From Candidatus Latescibacterota bacterium (GTDB lineage: Bacteria > Latescibacterota > UBA2968 > GCA-2709665): a DNA stretch of 64,000 bases. The position numbers were made by a program, and so were the translations under genes. Position 1 is the stretch's first letter. Each line of letters begins with the position of its first letter. Positions 25,772-36,553 of this stretch are shown piece by piece. The notes below the pieces were generated by a model. It was given only the letters and a program-made list of their open reading frames with translations, had not been told where the DNA came from and did not search any database. The stretch is taken from positions 5,536,001-5,600,000 of the forward strand of contig OZ252100.1 of the NCBI GenBank assembly GCA_965248435.1, written 5' to 3'.

Positions 25772-28111
25772 TCAGACCTTGAAAACCTTCATCACTTCGT
25801 CGCCCAGGTGGTTGATCACCTTCACAGCGATTCGTCCGCTCTTCGGTTTCTCGAATGGGCGTGAGGTGTCGCTGTTGAGGGTTGCCCAAGCCTCGGGGTC
25901 GATTTCGGCCTTTAGCGTAGTCTTGAGGGCGCGGTATGGGTCGTTGGCACCGAGGAAGTAGGCATGGCGAACGAAGAAGCTCTCTTCGTTGTAGTCTGCA
26001 TCGATGAACCAGCAGGCGATGCCATCCGCGCCATCGCTAACAACCTCGCCAGTTTGTGGCTTAAAAACGTCCACGCCATTCACCTTCACCTTCAGCTTGT
26101 CCTCGTCTTCGGTAAGGAGAGTGATGTCGGGCTCGCCGAATATGACAAAGAGGTTGCCCTTCCCGGTGTTCTTGAGGTCTTCGGCCATGTGCAGATCGGC
26201 ATTCATGCGGGCCTTGAGCACGGGCAAATGGCCCAGCTTGCTGAACTCCGTGGCGTGCGCCTCATAATTAAAGGCGCAGGTGATCAGCACATCGAATCCG
26301 GCATCACCCGATTCTCGGGCGGCCGCAACAAGATCGGCGCGCTGGACGGTGCCGAACTCGGGGCCGATGAAGATTGCCGCGCGTTTCTCTGTCTCGCCTT
26401 CAAGGTATCCACCTTCGGCGCATACTAGATCGCCAGGCCACGGGTTAAGGCCGGTGAATGTGATCCTGCCCTCTTTGTGGGCCTGCTGCACACCCGCAGT
26501 CTTAAGGTTCTCCAGGATCATCTGCGGGAAGGACTGCTTGGCCCCGCCATCTTCTCTCAACGAGTCGATCAACTCGTCGTTCTCATCCACGCTCAGCACT
26601 CGGTGGGGGCTGAGGCTTTCGACTGTGAAGGGGCCAGCCACACGGACCGTCTTCTTGTCGTCGTATGGCTTGTCGTAGAGGTATTCAAATTCAGCCTTGG
26701 CGGCGATGGACTTGTCGATCTCCTGCTGCCGGCCAATGCGAGCCTGCCACCAGTCGGCGTGCAGCGTCTTCGCCGCGTCCGGCCACTTGGGATCGGCATC
26801 GCGGGGGATCTCCCACTCCTGCCAGGTCTTCTTGAGCGTAGCGTTCAGCGATTCACGCAGCGGCTCCAGCTTCGCCTGCCACTTCTCCCAGATGACATCG
26901 ATCTCGGCGTTGTTGGCGATGGACTTGAGCGTGATGTGCGGTACCCGCTCATAGACGAAGCCGTGGCGGATGTTCCCATGCACGGGCTGGGAACTCGGCG
27001 CGGTTCGGGTGACTTCGGCATCCTTGAGCTGGCCATCGCGAGAATCGGCCAGCAGGTAGAATGAATAGCGCGCGCCCATGATGCGGGCACGGGCCAGCGT
27101 CAGCGCCACGCGCGAGGTGTCAATCGTGATCCAGCGACGGCCCCATTGCTCGGCGACATAGGCGGCGGTGCCGGAACCGCAGGTCGGATCAAGCACGAGG
27201 TCGCCGGGGTCGGTGGTCATGAGGATGCAACGTTCGACAACACCCGGCGCGGTTTGGACCACGTATGTCAGTTCGCGACCGATTTGCACGCTCTCCCAGC
27301 GGTCGTCGATTGGGAGAACCGGAAAGTCATCTACAAACCGCTTATACCACACCGTGACACCCTGTTGGACAATCCGGCCGGCGAATTGGAGGCGTTTACA
27401 CCCCAGTTCAGGGTCGGTTTTCCAGTGCTTTCCATGCCGCAGTGGATATTCTCTTCCACGAAAAGTGAAGGGTTTAGGTTTAGAAGGGACACCATCTGAA
27501 AGCAATGTTGTTAATCGACACCGCGCGCCTTCTGGAATTTCCACCTCACCGCGGATTGCCTTCGCCGGGATCCGCTGCAAATCACCATCGGGCGTCTCAA
27601 CATAGTCATACCGATCGAGCGACGTAGTGCCCTTGCGCCGCTCCCGAAACAACTGTCTGAACTTGGCGATCGATTTCTGTTTGGCGTACCACACGATGTA
27701 GTCAACAGTTCCGGGCAGCATATTACCTGCCAAGCTTCCGGTCTTCTGGAAGTTTACCAAACAGACGAAGTTCTCCTCGCCGAATACTTCATCCATCAAT
27801 GCGCGCACACGATGTACGTTTTCATCGCCGATCTGCACGAAGACTGAACCGGCCTCAGTCAACAAATCCCTCGCAACCGTGAGCCGATCTCGCAGATACG
27901 TCAGATACGAGTGAATCCCATCTCGCCATGTATCGCGAAACGCCTTTACCTGTTCCGGCTCCCGGGTGATATGGTCAGCCTTACCGTCCTTGACTTCGCG
28001 GCTCGTCGTGGACCACTGGAAGTTGCTGTTGAACTTGATGCCGTAGGGCGGGTCGAGATAGATGCACTGCACTTTGCCTCGCAGGCCCTCACGCTCGGTA
28101 AGGCTTGCCAT
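25772..28111 (-). pseudogene. Type III R-M Mod-like adenine methyltransferase, N-terminally truncated
   Basis: DPPY at residue 20, VLDPTCGSGT, C-terminal IAVKVINHLGDE; begins at MASLTEREG, where family members normally have a long upstream region ending ILGDSLxV; no res gene present. Confidence 0.75.
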
Positions 28112-28134
28112 GAAGGGGGGTTCTTTGGGGTGAT

Positions 28135-28863
28135 ATGAGTCCTCGTAATATCCTTGTGCAGAGAACAGAACAGGATGTGTCCTATCACATCTTTGATTTC
28201 GAAAAGACTCAGGTCTTGAACGAACCTATTTCCATCGAAGATCGGCAGGGACATTGCCGGGGGCAAATTTGCGCAGAGGAATTAAGCATCATTTGTACAG
28301 TTGATGAAGTTCAGGAGTGTTTTCGTAGCTACTTTAACCCAAAGGAGTGGGATTTTGAATCAGAAGAAGGCTTGCCATTTCCGGAGCGCCCGGAAGTAGC
28401 GGATATCCTGAATCGACGGGATATTCGTAGTGTCACACTAGGAAAGTATAATCGCACAGATCGTGAAATGATGAGTGCACGTATTCCATATGCCTGTCCA
28501 GCAACGGGAGGACGTAAATATCCCGGTCAGCTAAACTTTAAGGTTGAACATTACCTTAGTTGTGCTGGTTACGATAATGCTAGACATTATGAATGCAAGA
28601 CAACTGAGATCTTAATTGCTGCCAAACGGCATAATTGTCATGATACTATTGTGGATTTATTAGCCGGAGCAACCGGTCGGGTTGAATCCGCATTTCTGAA
28701 GGCGGAATTTGAGGGTATTCTTGAGAGAGGTTCGATAGAGTATCTAGAGCCTCCGAAACAAGCCATTAAGAAACTGATGCATATCATTGATGAGCTTTAT
28801 CGGACGCGAGAAAACGAGGATGTCTTTCGGAGTTTGTCCGACAGGGCCAGGGAGAAAGTTTAA
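28135..28863 (+). CDS. Hypothetical protein, possible QueF/T-fold-like
   Basis: RBS GGGGTGA; CPATG motif and later YL...HYE; stop overlaps the next start (TAATG). Function speculative. Confidence 0.5.
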   Translation: MSPRNILVQRTEQDVSYHIFDFEKTQVLNEPISIEDRQGHCRGQICAEELSIICTVDEVQECFRSYFNPKEWDFESEEGLPFPERPEVADILNRRDIRSVTLGKYNRTDREMMSARIPYACPATGGRKYPGQLNFKVEHYLSCAGYDNARHYECKTTEILIAAKRHNCHDTIVDLLAGATGRVESAFLKAEFEGILERGSIEYLEPPKQAIKKLMHIIDELYRTRENEDVFRSLSDRAREKV

Positions 28864-29885
28864 TGGAATCATTTGGTCAATATATACGGAACCGAATTAG
28901 AGTTGAAGTGGATGTAACAATTCGTCTGGGGCCGATCGAGTTCCGTTTGGTGAGTAATGTTCCTGAATTCCCAACATTGCAATTCTTTAGCAAGACTGCT
29001 CAGAAACTGCATAATGATGAGGATATAGCATTTGAGTTGTGGTGTGTATCACTGGAAAAGATCTCTATTAATTGGGATTACATACTGAAACAAATTGACC
29101 ATACTTGCAGGGGAAAAGGGTTCTCTAAGGGATACTACGCGACCGATCATTTTGGCTCACCAATTTACCTTGTCACCCGAGGACGGCGTTTCTATGTATT
29201 TGGTGAACAATTGGAACGTGTAGTTTGGCCCTACTTTGTCAAATATTTTCTACTTTTGCATTCAATCGATGATGAATCGCTGCATCTCAAGGGTGCGGCT
29301 TGTGCAATTAAAACGGCTGGCACGCTTCTGCTTGGCCGGGGAGGAAGCGGGAAGACAGTCTTCCTTACTCAACTGTGCGAACACGGGGCGGGATTTGTGA
29401 CCAATTCTCACGCTGTAGTTAAGGAATGTCGCATTACAGGCGTTGCCAGTTCGATACGTATCCGATCTGGGCCGTTGTTCTCCAGTTTTGGAGACAAGGC
29501 CGAGCGGAAACCAGCCCTTGAAACCGGGGAAGTTATCATTGATCCCTACGATGTATTCGATAACTACAACACTTACGATTCAGTAGAGATCAAGAATTTG
29601 TGTATTATCGATTTTCATCATTCTGGTCATCACGTCATTAAAGAGGTTGTGGAGCAAGATATCTACAACTATGCTGAACAGTTTTCTTTGGCAATTAATG
29701 TGTATCGTTTGGAGGAGGATCTGCTGGACCTTTACAAAGGTGATTATAGGGAGTTCTCTGAAGTTTATGAAAAGATGAAGATCCAACTCAAGAATCTCAT
29801 ACATCAAAGCAACTGCTATTACATCAGCAGCGATATGTTTAAGGAGACATATCGGAATGAAGTTCTTGACTTACTCTCTAAATAA
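28863..29885 (+). CDS. fomB: FomB-family (HPr-kinase-like) P-loop kinase
   Basis: GYY..HFG.P..L.T.GR.FYVFG..LE..VWPYFVK, LHLK.A, GRGGSGKTVFL.Q, EQFS.A...Y.L..DLL match my recollection of Streptomyces FomB over its full length; needs an alignment to confirm. Confidence 0.7.
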   Translation: MESFGQYIRNRIRVEVDVTIRLGPIEFRLVSNVPEFPTLQFFSKTAQKLHNDEDIAFELWCVSLEKISINWDYILKQIDHTCRGKGFSKGYYATDHFGSPIYLVTRGRRFYVFGEQLERVVWPYFVKYFLLLHSIDDESLHLKGAACAIKTAGTLLLGRGGSGKTVFLTQLCEHGAGFVTNSHAVVKECRITGVASSIRIRSGPLFSSFGDKAERKPALETGEVIIDPYDVFDNYNTYDSVEIKNLCIIDFHHSGHHVIKEVVEQDIYNYAEQFSLAINVYRLEEDLLDLYKGDYREFSEVYEKMKIQLKNLIHQSNCYYISSDMFKETYRNEVLDLLSK

Positions 29886-29900
29886 GTGAGGATGTAGTCA

Positions 29901-30401
29901 TTGTCTACTTCATCAAAATACATTATTTCAATTTCTGACTTGAGTTTGCTGCGCACTCAGTTGGCAAAACAAACAGTTGTGTTGGGAACTGGTTGTTTCG
30001 ATTTACTACATGTTGGACATCTACACTTTCTTATAGAGGCACGTAAGCAAGGTGAAGTTTTGGTGGTAGGAATCAATAGCGATGATTCAATAGGCATAAT
30101 AAAGGGGCCTCACAGGCCAATTCAAAAGGAAGATCAACGTTCTGAGCTTATAGGGGCTCTCCGGTATGTTGATTATGTTTTTATCTACGATGATGTTGTT
30201 GCGGATAGCTGCATTCTTAGATTGAAGCCGGATATCTACGCCATTGGTGAAGAGAGTGTAGAGACTTATCCTAGCGAACTTGCTGCGGCAAACAGTATCG
30301 GAACACGCATACATGTTGTGAGACGAATACGATCTGCGTCAACAACATCGATCGTTGAAACTGTTTTGAGTCAGAACGAAAAAAAATCTCAGGATGTCTA
30401 G
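29901..30401 (+). CDS. HldE/RfaE domain II-type nucleotidyltransferase
   Basis: GCFDLLHVGH (HxGH), VVGINSD, KGPHRPI, STTSI. Confidence 0.9.
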   Translation: MSTSSKYIISISDLSLLRTQLAKQTVVLGTGCFDLLHVGHLHFLIEARKQGEVLVVGINSDDSIGIIKGPHRPIQKEDQRSELIGALRYVDYVFIYDDVVADSCILRLKPDIYAIGEESVETYPSELAAANSIGTRIHVVRRIRSASTTSIVETVLSQNEKKSQDV

Positions 30402-30416
30402 CGATGAAAGGAATCA

Positions 30417-31718
30417 TTGCCCGATGTGCATTTTGCAGAAACCAATTCGTTGAAAACCATTGTTACGCGAGATGCAATAATGTCACGACCGTGTTCTAGT
30501 CTTCGAATCAATAGATCAGAAGAGCTTTTGCAGCGGGCCGAAACCTGCGATGCATGGGCTGCCACGCGCCAGAGAAACTATTATTCCATTGAGAAATCAT
30601 ATCCAGTATATGCAAGCCATGCTAAAGGGTCACATGTTTGGGATGTTGACGGAAACTGCTACATTGACTACACATTGGGATATGGAACAGTTGTACTCGG
30701 CCATGCAGACTCAAGAGTGACCAATGCGGTAGTAAAGGAACTCGAAAGCGGTAGTTGTCTTTCTCCGTTGTGGAAACCGGCCCAGGTTGAGTTAACGAGC
30801 CTTCTTTCTTCTGTAATCCCCGGAGCAGAGATGGCTTTTCTGATGAAAACGGGCTCAGATGCAACCAGTGGTGCGCTTCGACTTGCGCGAATTTACACTT
30901 GTCGTGATAAAGTTGTTCGGTGGGGTTACAATGGATGGCATGATTGGGCAACGCCACGTCCTATGGGTGTTCCTCCATCAACTCGAGCAGAAACACTCAA
31001 TTTTGACTATAACGATACGGCATCACTCAAGGCGGTATTTGAAGAAAATCCGGACCAAATTGCCTGTGTCTTAATGATGCCTTTTGAACTGGACGCGCCA
31101 TGTCCAGGCTTCTTACAGGAGGTTAAGGCTATCGCGCATGAGTACGGCGCGCTATTCGTGCTTGATGAAATGCGATCCGGCTTCCGTATGGCGCTTGGTG
31201 GAGCTCAAGAGTATTTTGGCGTACAGGCTGATTTGGCGACATATAGCAAGGCAATGTCGAATGGCTATCCTATTTCTGCTATTGTTGGGCGACAGGAAAT
31301 TCTTCGAGGTGTTGGTCGCACAAAAATGACATCTACGTTCTTTACAAGCTCTGCCGAAATGGTCGCTGCTATGACAACCATCTCTATACTAAGGGAAACG
31401 GATGCGCTTTCTCATATATGGGCGATGGGTAGGATGCTTCAACAAGGCCTTAGTGTCCTTGTCGATGAACTTGGTGTTCCTGCTCAGGTTGTTGGTTTTC
31501 CACCACTTCCCTTTATGCAATTTACTATAGCCGATGATATCAATCGTGAACATGCTAAATCAGTATTCTATTCGGAAACAACAAGATTGGGCGTCATGTT
31601 TCATCCCAGCCATCACTGGTATATATCCGCTGCACATACTCCACTAGACATCAGACATACGCTTGATGTGTGCAGAAAGGGTTTTGAAGCGGTAGGGCAC
31701 GAAATCGTTGAAGCTTAG
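30417..31718 (+). CDS. Class III (GSA-like) PLP aminotransferase
   Basis: WDVDGNCYID, KTGSDA, GYNGWHDW, LDEMRSGFR, YSKAMSNG (PLP Lys). Confidence 0.92.
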   Translation: MPDVHFAETNSLKTIVTRDAIMSRPCSSLRINRSEELLQRAETCDAWAATRQRNYYSIEKSYPVYASHAKGSHVWDVDGNCYIDYTLGYGTVVLGHADSRVTNAVVKELESGSCLSPLWKPAQVELTSLLSSVIPGAEMAFLMKTGSDATSGALRLARIYTCRDKVVRWGYNGWHDWATPRPMGVPPSTRAETLNFDYNDTASLKAVFEENPDQIACVLMMPFELDAPCPGFLQEVKAIAHEYGALFVLDEMRSGFRMALGGAQEYFGVQADLATYSKAMSNGYPISAIVGRQEILRGVGRTKMTSTFFTSSAEMVAAMTTISILRETDALSHIWAMGRMLQQGLSVLVDELGVPAQVVGFPPLPFMQFTIADDINREHAKSVFYSETTRLGVMFHPSHHWYISAAHTPLDIRHTLDVCRKGFEAVGHEIVEA

Positions 31719-31762
31719 TCTCTCCTGGAGATCGAAGCACAAAATAATCATTCATCGTACAA

Positions 31763-32560
31763 TTGGCTCGGGAATGCGAATACACTTACGAACTGGAACC
31801 TAGCATTATGGCAGACTCTAGACAGAACGTATTAAGCCCATCTGACACTGAACAAGCCACCCGTAAGCAGCTGTTGCAAATGTTTGAGGGTACTCCCATC
31901 CCTCGAGAACTGATATTGGAGAATTTGGAGCTATATTTGCGTCCTCAGAGGATTTCTGAAATTCTTTCCCTCCAGCGAATTTATGCGAAAATTCTGGATG
32001 TTCATGGCATCATTGTAGAATTTGGGGTGCGTTGGGGACGCCATCTATCTGTTTTTAGTGCCTTGCGTGCGATCTACGAGCCATATAACTTCTATCGCAA
32101 GATAGTTGGTTTTGATACATTTACAGGTTTCTTAGAAGTAACCCCAGAAGATGGTATGTCTGACAGAGTTCACGTAGGCTCTATGAGCGTTTCTGAGGGT
32201 TATGAGAAATATCTAGACAAAGTCTTAACCCTACATGAAGCAGAAGCACCGCTGTCACATATAAAACGTATTGAGCTATACAAGGGAGATGCACCTGTTG
32301 AACTTGAAAAATACTTGGAAAGCCATCCTGAGACAATTGTTGCATTAGCGTATTTCGACATGGATCTCTACAAACCAACGAAACATTGTTTGGAATTGAT
32401 TATGCCCTTTTTGACAAAGGGCAGTATTTGTGTATTTGATGAACTTTCACATCCAGAATTTCCCGGTGAGACGTTAGCGCTCAAAGAGGTTTTGGCCATT
32501 ACACAACATAAAATTGAGCGCTTCTCCACTATACCTTATCCTCACTATATTGTGATGTAA
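31763..32560 (+). CDS. TylF-superfamily, CalS11-like NDP-sugar O-methyltransferase
   Basis: EFGVRWGRHL, LRAIYEPYN, GFDTFTGF, ALAYFDMDLY, FDEL...PGE, as recalled for CalS11. Confidence 0.82.
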   Translation: MARECEYTYELEPSIMADSRQNVLSPSDTEQATRKQLLQMFEGTPIPRELILENLELYLRPQRISEILSLQRIYAKILDVHGIIVEFGVRWGRHLSVFSALRAIYEPYNFYRKIVGFDTFTGFLEVTPEDGMSDRVHVGSMSVSEGYEKYLDKVLTLHEAEAPLSHIKRIELYKGDAPVELEKYLESHPETIVALAYFDMDLYKPTKHCLELIMPFLTKGSICVFDELSHPEFPGETLALKEVLAITQHKIERFSTIPYPHYIVM

Positions 32561-32583
32561 TCCGATCTGATTTAGATCAAATC

Positions 32584-34122
32584 TTGAAGAAGACTCGTCT
32601 TATGAATATGAATCATAGCGCCATTCTAAAGTGGATTGTGGATTCCAGTAGATCTCTTCCTTCTCCTCTTGAATTTGATGAGGATATGCTGATTGACCTA
32701 GTTGATGTCCACAACTTGTCTGGGCGGCTGATGCAAAGGCTCAGAGGGCGCAGCGCACCTCGCCTTACACCAAAGTTCAAAGAGAATCTTTCAGATTTAT
32801 ACGCACTAACGAAACGGAAGAGCATCCAAAATGTGAATGCTGTTCGCCAAATACAGGATCTGTTACCTTTAAACACCGATGTTATCATTATTAAGGGTGT
32901 TTCAACATATGTGCTAGTAGGCCAAGAAAGCATTATGCGAGCAGGTGATATCGATGTTCTCAGTAACAATAATTCAGCAGTTGTAGATACACTGCTTAAT
33001 CTAGACTATCAACAAACTAGGGCTCCTTTCTTGCATGAGGTTGGAGAGTACACGAAGGATACCATAGAAGTGGATGTACATGACCATTTTCCTGTGTACT
33101 CTTACACCGATTTACTCCTGAACGCTAATCTAACGCCTTCCAGTAACTCGGGAGTGTGGCATCAAAGCTATACAATGAAGCAATGTGCAATCACTTATAG
33201 TGATTTGAGAAAACACTCTTATCAGGGGAATAAGCCTGATACAATGAACATTACTGTAGCAGATCCTAACATCTTAGCTATAATAATCTGCGCCCACGCC
33301 TTTATGAATTACACAAACATGTGGTCTATCTCACATCGGGAAAAAGCTTATGTTCGACTTGGTGAGATTGGCGATTTGTTTGAGTTAGTAAATCATCCAG
33401 CATTTAGTGCTGGAATCTTTCTGTCTTTGGTAGAGCGCTTCGAAGCCTTAGATGCGGTTGAGTGGGCGGCAAATGTAACCTCTGTCCTATTTGGTAAGAA
33501 TCCCCTTCCACTTGGTAGTTCAGTAACTCTTGGTGAAGAGCTTCCGAATACCCGTTTCCCACGATGCTTGTGGTGGAATTTTTGGGCAAATCTGCCATCA
33601 GGAACTGATGAACTTATTCAGAAATGGTGGCTGCCAATGGATAGGCTTACAAGAGAGCTAGGTCATAACAAACTGACGACGCATCAAGGAACTTCAGGTC
33701 TACATAGCACAATTCGCCAAGGTGGCTGCAGCTTGTTGCAGCGTTTCATCACCCAAGAAGAATACCCCATCCCGTTGATACTTGAAATCAGTACATCCGA
33801 AACGAGTCTAGTAATCAATATCAATGTTTTATCAAACCTGGACACAGATATAGATCGGATACGGATAGACTTTGGCTGTGTTGCTAGTGAATGGTCATAT
33901 TCCAGAAATGACCGGAATCAAACGGTGGTGGGACATTTTCCTAATGTGGCGTTTGATGATCAGGGTACACAATATCAGATTAGATTTGATTATTCATTGG
34001 AGTTATTCGGTCAGTCAATCAAGGAGATGCGAAAGGTGGCTTTGTTAGTTGGCGTAGGAAAACAATCTCATAATTGTGGCTTAATGGCAAGTACACTAAT
34101 TCCCATGACAGTTGAGCTTTGA
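32584..34122 (+). CDS. Nucleotidyltransferase (NTP_transf_5-like) with C-terminal beta-sandwich domain
   Basis: IIIKG...MRAGDIDVL, IEVDVH, ICAHAF; C-terminal beta-rich region. Confidence 0.75.
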   Translation: MKKTRLMNMNHSAILKWIVDSSRSLPSPLEFDEDMLIDLVDVHNLSGRLMQRLRGRSAPRLTPKFKENLSDLYALTKRKSIQNVNAVRQIQDLLPLNTDVIIIKGVSTYVLVGQESIMRAGDIDVLSNNNSAVVDTLLNLDYQQTRAPFLHEVGEYTKDTIEVDVHDHFPVYSYTDLLLNANLTPSSNSGVWHQSYTMKQCAITYSDLRKHSYQGNKPDTMNITVADPNILAIIICAHAFMNYTNMWSISHREKAYVRLGEIGDLFELVNHPAFSAGIFLSLVERFEALDAVEWAANVTSVLFGKNPLPLGSSVTLGEELPNTRFPRCLWWNFWANLPSGTDELIQKWWLPMDRLTRELGHNKLTTHQGTSGLHSTIRQGGCSLLQRFITQEEYPIPLILEISTSETSLVININVLSNLDTDIDRIRIDFGCVASEWSYSRNDRNQTVVGHFPNVAFDDQGTQYQIRFDYSLELFGQSIKEMRKVALLVGVGKQSHNCGLMASTLIPMTVEL

Positions 34123-34173
34123 GGTAGTGCAAGACCTCAAGAAGCGTTACAAACCTGATCACCAATTACCCCG

Positions 34174-35208
34174 ATGGCCAGTATAAAAGGTCAGAGAAAG
34201 AAGATGTCATCAATCAAGCGAAGCACAGATCCTGAGGCACCAGATGTTTCAGTGGTAATTGTGAACTGGAACACACGCGAACTATTGCAGCAAACTCTTG
34301 AATCACTGTATCGTGAAACTCAGCAGGTTACATTTGAAACCATCGTTGTGGATAACGGATCGACCGATGGAAGCTTTCAGCTCCTTCAACATGCGTGGAA
34401 GCAAGTCTGTTCAATTGCCTTAGCCGAAAACAAGGGCTTCGCTGTCGCGAACAACATTGGCATTAGGATAGCAAGTGGCAGATATGTTCTGCTGCTCAAC
34501 AGCGATACAATTGTGCTGCCGACTACGCTGTGCGGCATGGTTAGTTTCTTGGATGCATATCCTGACACAGGTTGCGTTGGTTGTCGGCACCTGAACCTCG
34601 ACGGTTCTCTGCAACGCTCAATGGATAGTTTTCCTAATTTGCTTAACGACTTGCTCAGTTATTCCGAGTTATACCGACTACCCCTTTTGTTGCCATTCTT
34701 ACAGCGCCGCTTCCCGTGGTGGAGCGACCATAACCATGTCCGAGATGTTGATTGGGTTAATGGTGCCTGTATGATGGTTCGACGCCAGGTGATTGCAAAG
34801 GTGGGTGGGCTAGATGAATGCTATTTTATCTATGCAGAGGAGATCGATTGGTGCTACCGGATGCGTAAAGCTGGCTGGAGCGTCTACTTTGTCCCCGAGG
34901 CAGAGATTATACATATTGGTGGACAGGCAATGAACCGCGCTGCGGACATACGCGTTGTTCTCAAATACAAGGGACAGTGTCGCTTTTACCGGAAACATTA
35001 TCCTGTGTGGAAATATATTGTGTTGCGCACAATAGTTATGAATGCTGCAGCCCTTCGTCTAGTGATTATCTGTATCTTTTGCTCGCTATCATTGTTTCGC
35101 GAAGACACCAACAATGTTCGATGGGAATTACTTACCCAAGAATCAGTAGTAACCGAACCAGTTACTATGTTGCGCGCATGGTGGAGAATTCTTTGGCTCC
35201 CGTGGTAA
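34174..35208 (+). CDS. GT2 glycosyltransferase
   Basis: VSVVIVNWN, VVDNGSTDG, LLLNSD, GACMMVR, YAEEIDWC. Confidence 0.93.
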   Translation: MASIKGQRKKMSSIKRSTDPEAPDVSVVIVNWNTRELLQQTLESLYRETQQVTFETIVVDNGSTDGSFQLLQHAWKQVCSIALAENKGFAVANNIGIRIASGRYVLLLNSDTIVLPTTLCGMVSFLDAYPDTGCVGCRHLNLDGSLQRSMDSFPNLLNDLLSYSELYRLPLLLPFLQRRFPWWSDHNHVRDVDWVNGACMMVRRQVIAKVGGLDECYFIYAEEIDWCYRMRKAGWSVYFVPEAEIIHIGGQAMNRAADIRVVLKYKGQCRFYRKHYPVWKYIVLRTIVMNAAALRLVIICIFCSLSLFREDTNNVRWELLTQESVVTEPVTMLRAWWRILWLPW

Positions 35209-35246
35209 ATAAGAATGACAATTACGGAGCGTATTGGGAATGAACA

Positions 35247-36230
35247 ATGGCTATCTTGGTGACTGGAGGAGCAGGTTTTATTGGATCGCACGTAGTTAAG
35301 GAATTGTTGAAAGAGCGATATGAAGTTGTAGTCTTAGATGATCTTTCCGGTGGATTTCTCGAAAATCTTTCAGGAGATGCAATTTTTGTCAACGGTAGCA
35401 TCACGGACGAAAGACGTATTAATCAATTATTTGAAGCACACCAATTTGAGTACATCTTTCATTGTGCGGCATATGCTGCCGAAGTTCTAAGCCATCATAT
35501 CAGAAAGTTCAATTATGAAAATAACATGCTCGGCACCGTAAATTTAATAAATGCTGCCATAAACCATGATGTCAAATGTTTTGTCTTTACCTCTTCAGTT
35601 GCGGTTTATGGCGATAATCAAACTCCGTTTTGCGAAGATCTCATTCCGGCTCCAATTGATCCATATGGGATTGCGAAATTGGCTGCCGAACTAGATCTAG
35701 CGGCAGCGCATTCATTCTTCAAATTACCATTCATCGTCTATCGGCTTCATAACGTCTACGGTGAACATCAAAACATAAGTGATAAATATCGTAATGTTGT
35801 CGGTATATTTATGAATCAATTGTTGCGAAATGAACCGATGACCATTTTTGGAGACGGGAAACAAACACGTTCTTTCAGTTATGTTAAAGACATTGTTCCT
35901 CTCATTGCAAAATCTATACATAATGGGAAGGCGTACAATGAAGTGTTCAATGTGGGTTCTGACACAACAGTAAGCCTCAATGAGTTAGCATCTATTGTTT
36001 CCTCGGTTATGGGTATGAAGGCGAAAATCAAATATTTAAGTCCTCGTCATGAGGTGAAGCAGGTTTGCGTTTCGCATGAGAAGATGAAAGCCATTTTTGG
36101 AGGACTCGAAGAGACCCCATTGGAATCAGGGTTGAGGGAAATGTTTGATTGGATTAAAGGACATGGTAGTCGTGCTCCCAGATACTTTAGAAGAATTGAA
36201 ATCTCGAAAATGCTACCCGAAGCTTGGTGA
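35247..36230 (+). CDS. NAD-dependent epimerase/dehydratase (extended SDR)
   Basis: GGAGFIG, TSS, YGIAK, NVYG. Confidence 0.93.
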   Translation: MAILVTGGAGFIGSHVVKELLKERYEVVVLDDLSGGFLENLSGDAIFVNGSITDERRINQLFEAHQFEYIFHCAAYAAEVLSHHIRKFNYENNMLGTVNLINAAINHDVKCFVFTSSVAVYGDNQTPFCEDLIPAPIDPYGIAKLAAELDLAAAHSFFKLPFIVYRLHNVYGEHQNISDKYRNVVGIFMNQLLRNEPMTIFGDGKQTRSFSYVKDIVPLIAKSIHNGKAYNEVFNVGSDTTVSLNELASIVSSVMGMKAKIKYLSPRHEVKQVCVSHEKMKAIFGGLEETPLESGLREMFDWIKGHGSRAPRYFRRIEISKMLPEAW

Positions 36231-36553
36231 TTATCAATAAGCTTTGTTAAGTCGATACAGAGCGAATTCAGGTCGCACTGGGGGACAATGCAGGCGAGAG
36301 GGAATCTTCAGACTAACTGAATGAGAGCAGATGCTAGCCTGAGAGATTTCGTTCGCATCAGCGATAGCCACAAGGCAATCTGGAACACCCGCCCTGTTTC
36401 GATGACTTAGGTATGGGATTTCTTGACGTAGCTCGGGTGACAGCGGTTCCCCAAGGCCCACAGCAGAGAATGGAGTGCCTGAGGCAGCAATATAATCAGG
36501 AGCTTAAGGGGACTTGTTCACAAAGAAGTCGCTCGGAGATGCCACTGTTCTGA

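Noticed and set aside
6500-28111. Integron integrase or any tyrosine recombinase
   Set aside because: No ORF with the R...HxxR...Y signature; the only recombinase is a small serine resolvase.
28470-28540. SagB/nitroreductase motif (PATGGRKYP resembles PSxGxxYP)
   Set aside because: No other nitroreductase features and no YcaO partner.
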